Shown: positions 62,054 through 64,000 of the stretch, in pieces
Numbering within the stretch: position 1 is the first letter of the stretch
How the letters are laid out: the number at the start of each line of letters is the position of its first letter
Assembly (NCBI RefSeq): GCF_009914755.1
Contig: NC_060927.1
Length of the DNA: 64,000 nucleotides
Source of the DNA: the human T2T-CHM13v2.0 reference genome, Homo sapiens
Strand: one strand, 5' to 3'
Program-made: the position numbers and the translations under genes
Notes under the pieces: model-generated
The model's input: the letters and a program-made list of their open reading frames with translations, nothing else
Databases searched by the model: none
What the model was told of the DNA's origin: nothing

Positions 62054-62246
62054 AAGAAACCTTGATACCCATCTTTTGTCCCATCTTACAGAACTCATAG
62101 AATTCATTTCAAAACACATATAGAGAAATTTTGTTATGTTCTCCCCAGTTTTTGTCTCTATTGCATTGGTCATAGTTCTGGTAGCTGTGCCTTAAAATAG
62201 TTAACAATGTTCCTCCAAGGAATTAAAACTAACACCTTTGTAATTC

Positions 62247-62546
<300 letters not shown>

Positions 62547-62734
62547 TAATTCTTTTAAAACTCAAACACCTTTGCAGAAAAGAGAGGAAGACAACTCTAC
62601 ACAAAAAGCTCACTCAAGCATTTTAGGAACTGGTTATAGAAAAATAATTGTCTTATATGTTTATATATAAAGGAGTGGGAATTATTACATAGCTTTTAGG
62701 CCTGACCCTGGTTCATGAATTTTCCAAATTCTAC

Positions 62735-63840
62735 CAAAACAGCAAAACAGACAAATCAGTAGAATAGAATAGAGTCTGGAAAAAGACTCTGGGAATTTGG
62801 TATTGGTAAAAGAGAGATCTTAAATAAGCAAGGTTGCTTTAATATACTACCAGTATGAATGTAAAATTGGTAAGCCAATTTAGAAGCCAATTTTGCAGTG
62901 CCTACTAAAAGACATGCATTGACCCAACAATGCATTGATCCAATAATTCCACTTCTCTATATCTCCCAGAGAAACACTGGCACATGTTCATAATAAGACA
63001 GTACAGTGATGTAGCAGTAGTTGAAATCGTAAAAAATTGGAAACTCCAAATGACTACCAACAGGGGACTGGCTAAATAAACTATGCCAGAACCATACTAT
63101 GAATATGATGCATAAGTAGAAAAAGATAAGACAGGGCTCTCTGCACTGGCCCAAAAAAATTTCCAAACCATGTCACTGAGTGGGAAAAAAAAGCAAACTT
63201 CAGAATATCACTACACAAGGTATCATATGCTGAGGTAAATACACCTCATATACACATGTATAACAACTACATCAATACCATTAAAAAAACATAAACTCTC
63301 ACTAATCTTTGTCTACCCCAAATCATACATGAAAATATATTTTTATGAATTAGGAACTTAATGACATTTTTAAAACTATAAAAATTACTAAAAATAAATA
63401 TACAAAAATATGTATTTAACCTTAGCATGACACGAAGGCCAGAAACACTAAAGAAAATTTCTGGCAGCATTAACTTTATGACAGAATAACAACAATAACA
63501 AACTTCTGTATATCAAATAATGCCACAGCAAAAATTTTAAACAAAATTGTTGGAGGGAGTTTAAGTGGCTACAGTATCTCTTCAAAAAAAATTTCTCAGT
63601 ATGTATATTTAAAATGCACATACCTTGTACCCTAGCAATTTGACTTACAGGGGTTTATGCCAAAAAAAATTGTACATGTTGCCAGTTGTGTGTGTAAAAG
63701 GATGTTTAGCACAGTATTTTGTGTTTATAGTTGCATATAAAAGGGGGAGGATTAAATGCCCACCAAGAAGAAAATGGCTAAATAGATTATGGTACTTCCA
63801 TATGCTAGAATACAATACAGCCATTAAGATAGATAATAGT
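62735..63840 (+). mobile_element. Ancient L1ME/L1MC fragments
   Basis: tgtaaaattggt...aataattccacttct...ggaaactccaaatg...ggctaaataaactatg; aaatgcacatacc...gctaaatagattatggtac...aatacaatacagccattaa. Confidence 0.6.
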
Positions 63841-63844
63841 ATAT

Positions 63845-63952
63845 AGTCAACCCTTTGCATCCAGTTCCACATCTGTGAGTTCATCCAACTGCAGATCAAA
63901 AATATTAAGGAAACACACTGAAAATAACAATACTGCAGTTAAAAATATAAAT
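63845..63952. mobile_element. MER2-like (TcMar-Tigger) end
   Basis: agtcaaccctttgcatcc...ttccacatctgtg...ttcatccaactgcagatcaaaaatatt. Confidence 0.65.
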
Positions 63953-63955
63953 CTT

Positions 63956-64000
63956 GGCTGGACGCCGAGGTTCATGCCTATAATCCCAGCACTTTGGGAG
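63956..64000 (+). mobile_element. Alu 5' end (cut by the window edge)
   Basis: ggctggacg...catgcctataatcccagcactttgggag. Confidence 0.88.

Noticed and set aside
62915-62946. 16-bp tandem duplication tgcattga(c/t)ccaa(c/t)aa
   Set aside because: A small slippage duplication inside an ancient L1 remnant; unremarkable.

Overview
This is primate (most likely human) genomic DNA, AT-rich and dominated by interspersed repeats: Alu J/S/Y, L1PA/L1M, MIR, L2, MLT1 LTRs and MER DNA transposons. I find no intact protein-coding gene. Almost all listed ORFs are broken LINE-1 ORF1/ORF2 pieces, Alu translations or chance ORFs. Main structures: (1) a full-length, inactivated minus-strand LINE-1 at ~1.9-8.1 kb with no visible target-site duplication (TSD) and a mosaic-looking 3' end. 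(2) A 5'-truncated L1PA at 13.9-16.3 kb inserted into an older L1MA and carrying a ~190-bp 3' transduction with its own AATAAA and poly(A). (3) Three apparently non-consensus variants shared by these two L1 copies, possibly from local gene conversion. (4) A ~6-kb repeat-poor island at 25.2-31.5 kb containing two closely spaced + strand exon candidates (27161-27297 and ~27409-27481), probably from the 5' region of a large host gene that I cannot name. I see no evidence of a new biological system; the notable items are retrotransposition and repair scars plus a candidate exon/regulatory island. Repeat subfamily calls rest on recalled consensus sequences and need RepeatMasker/Dfam confirmation. 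Ancient repeat boundaries are approximate.
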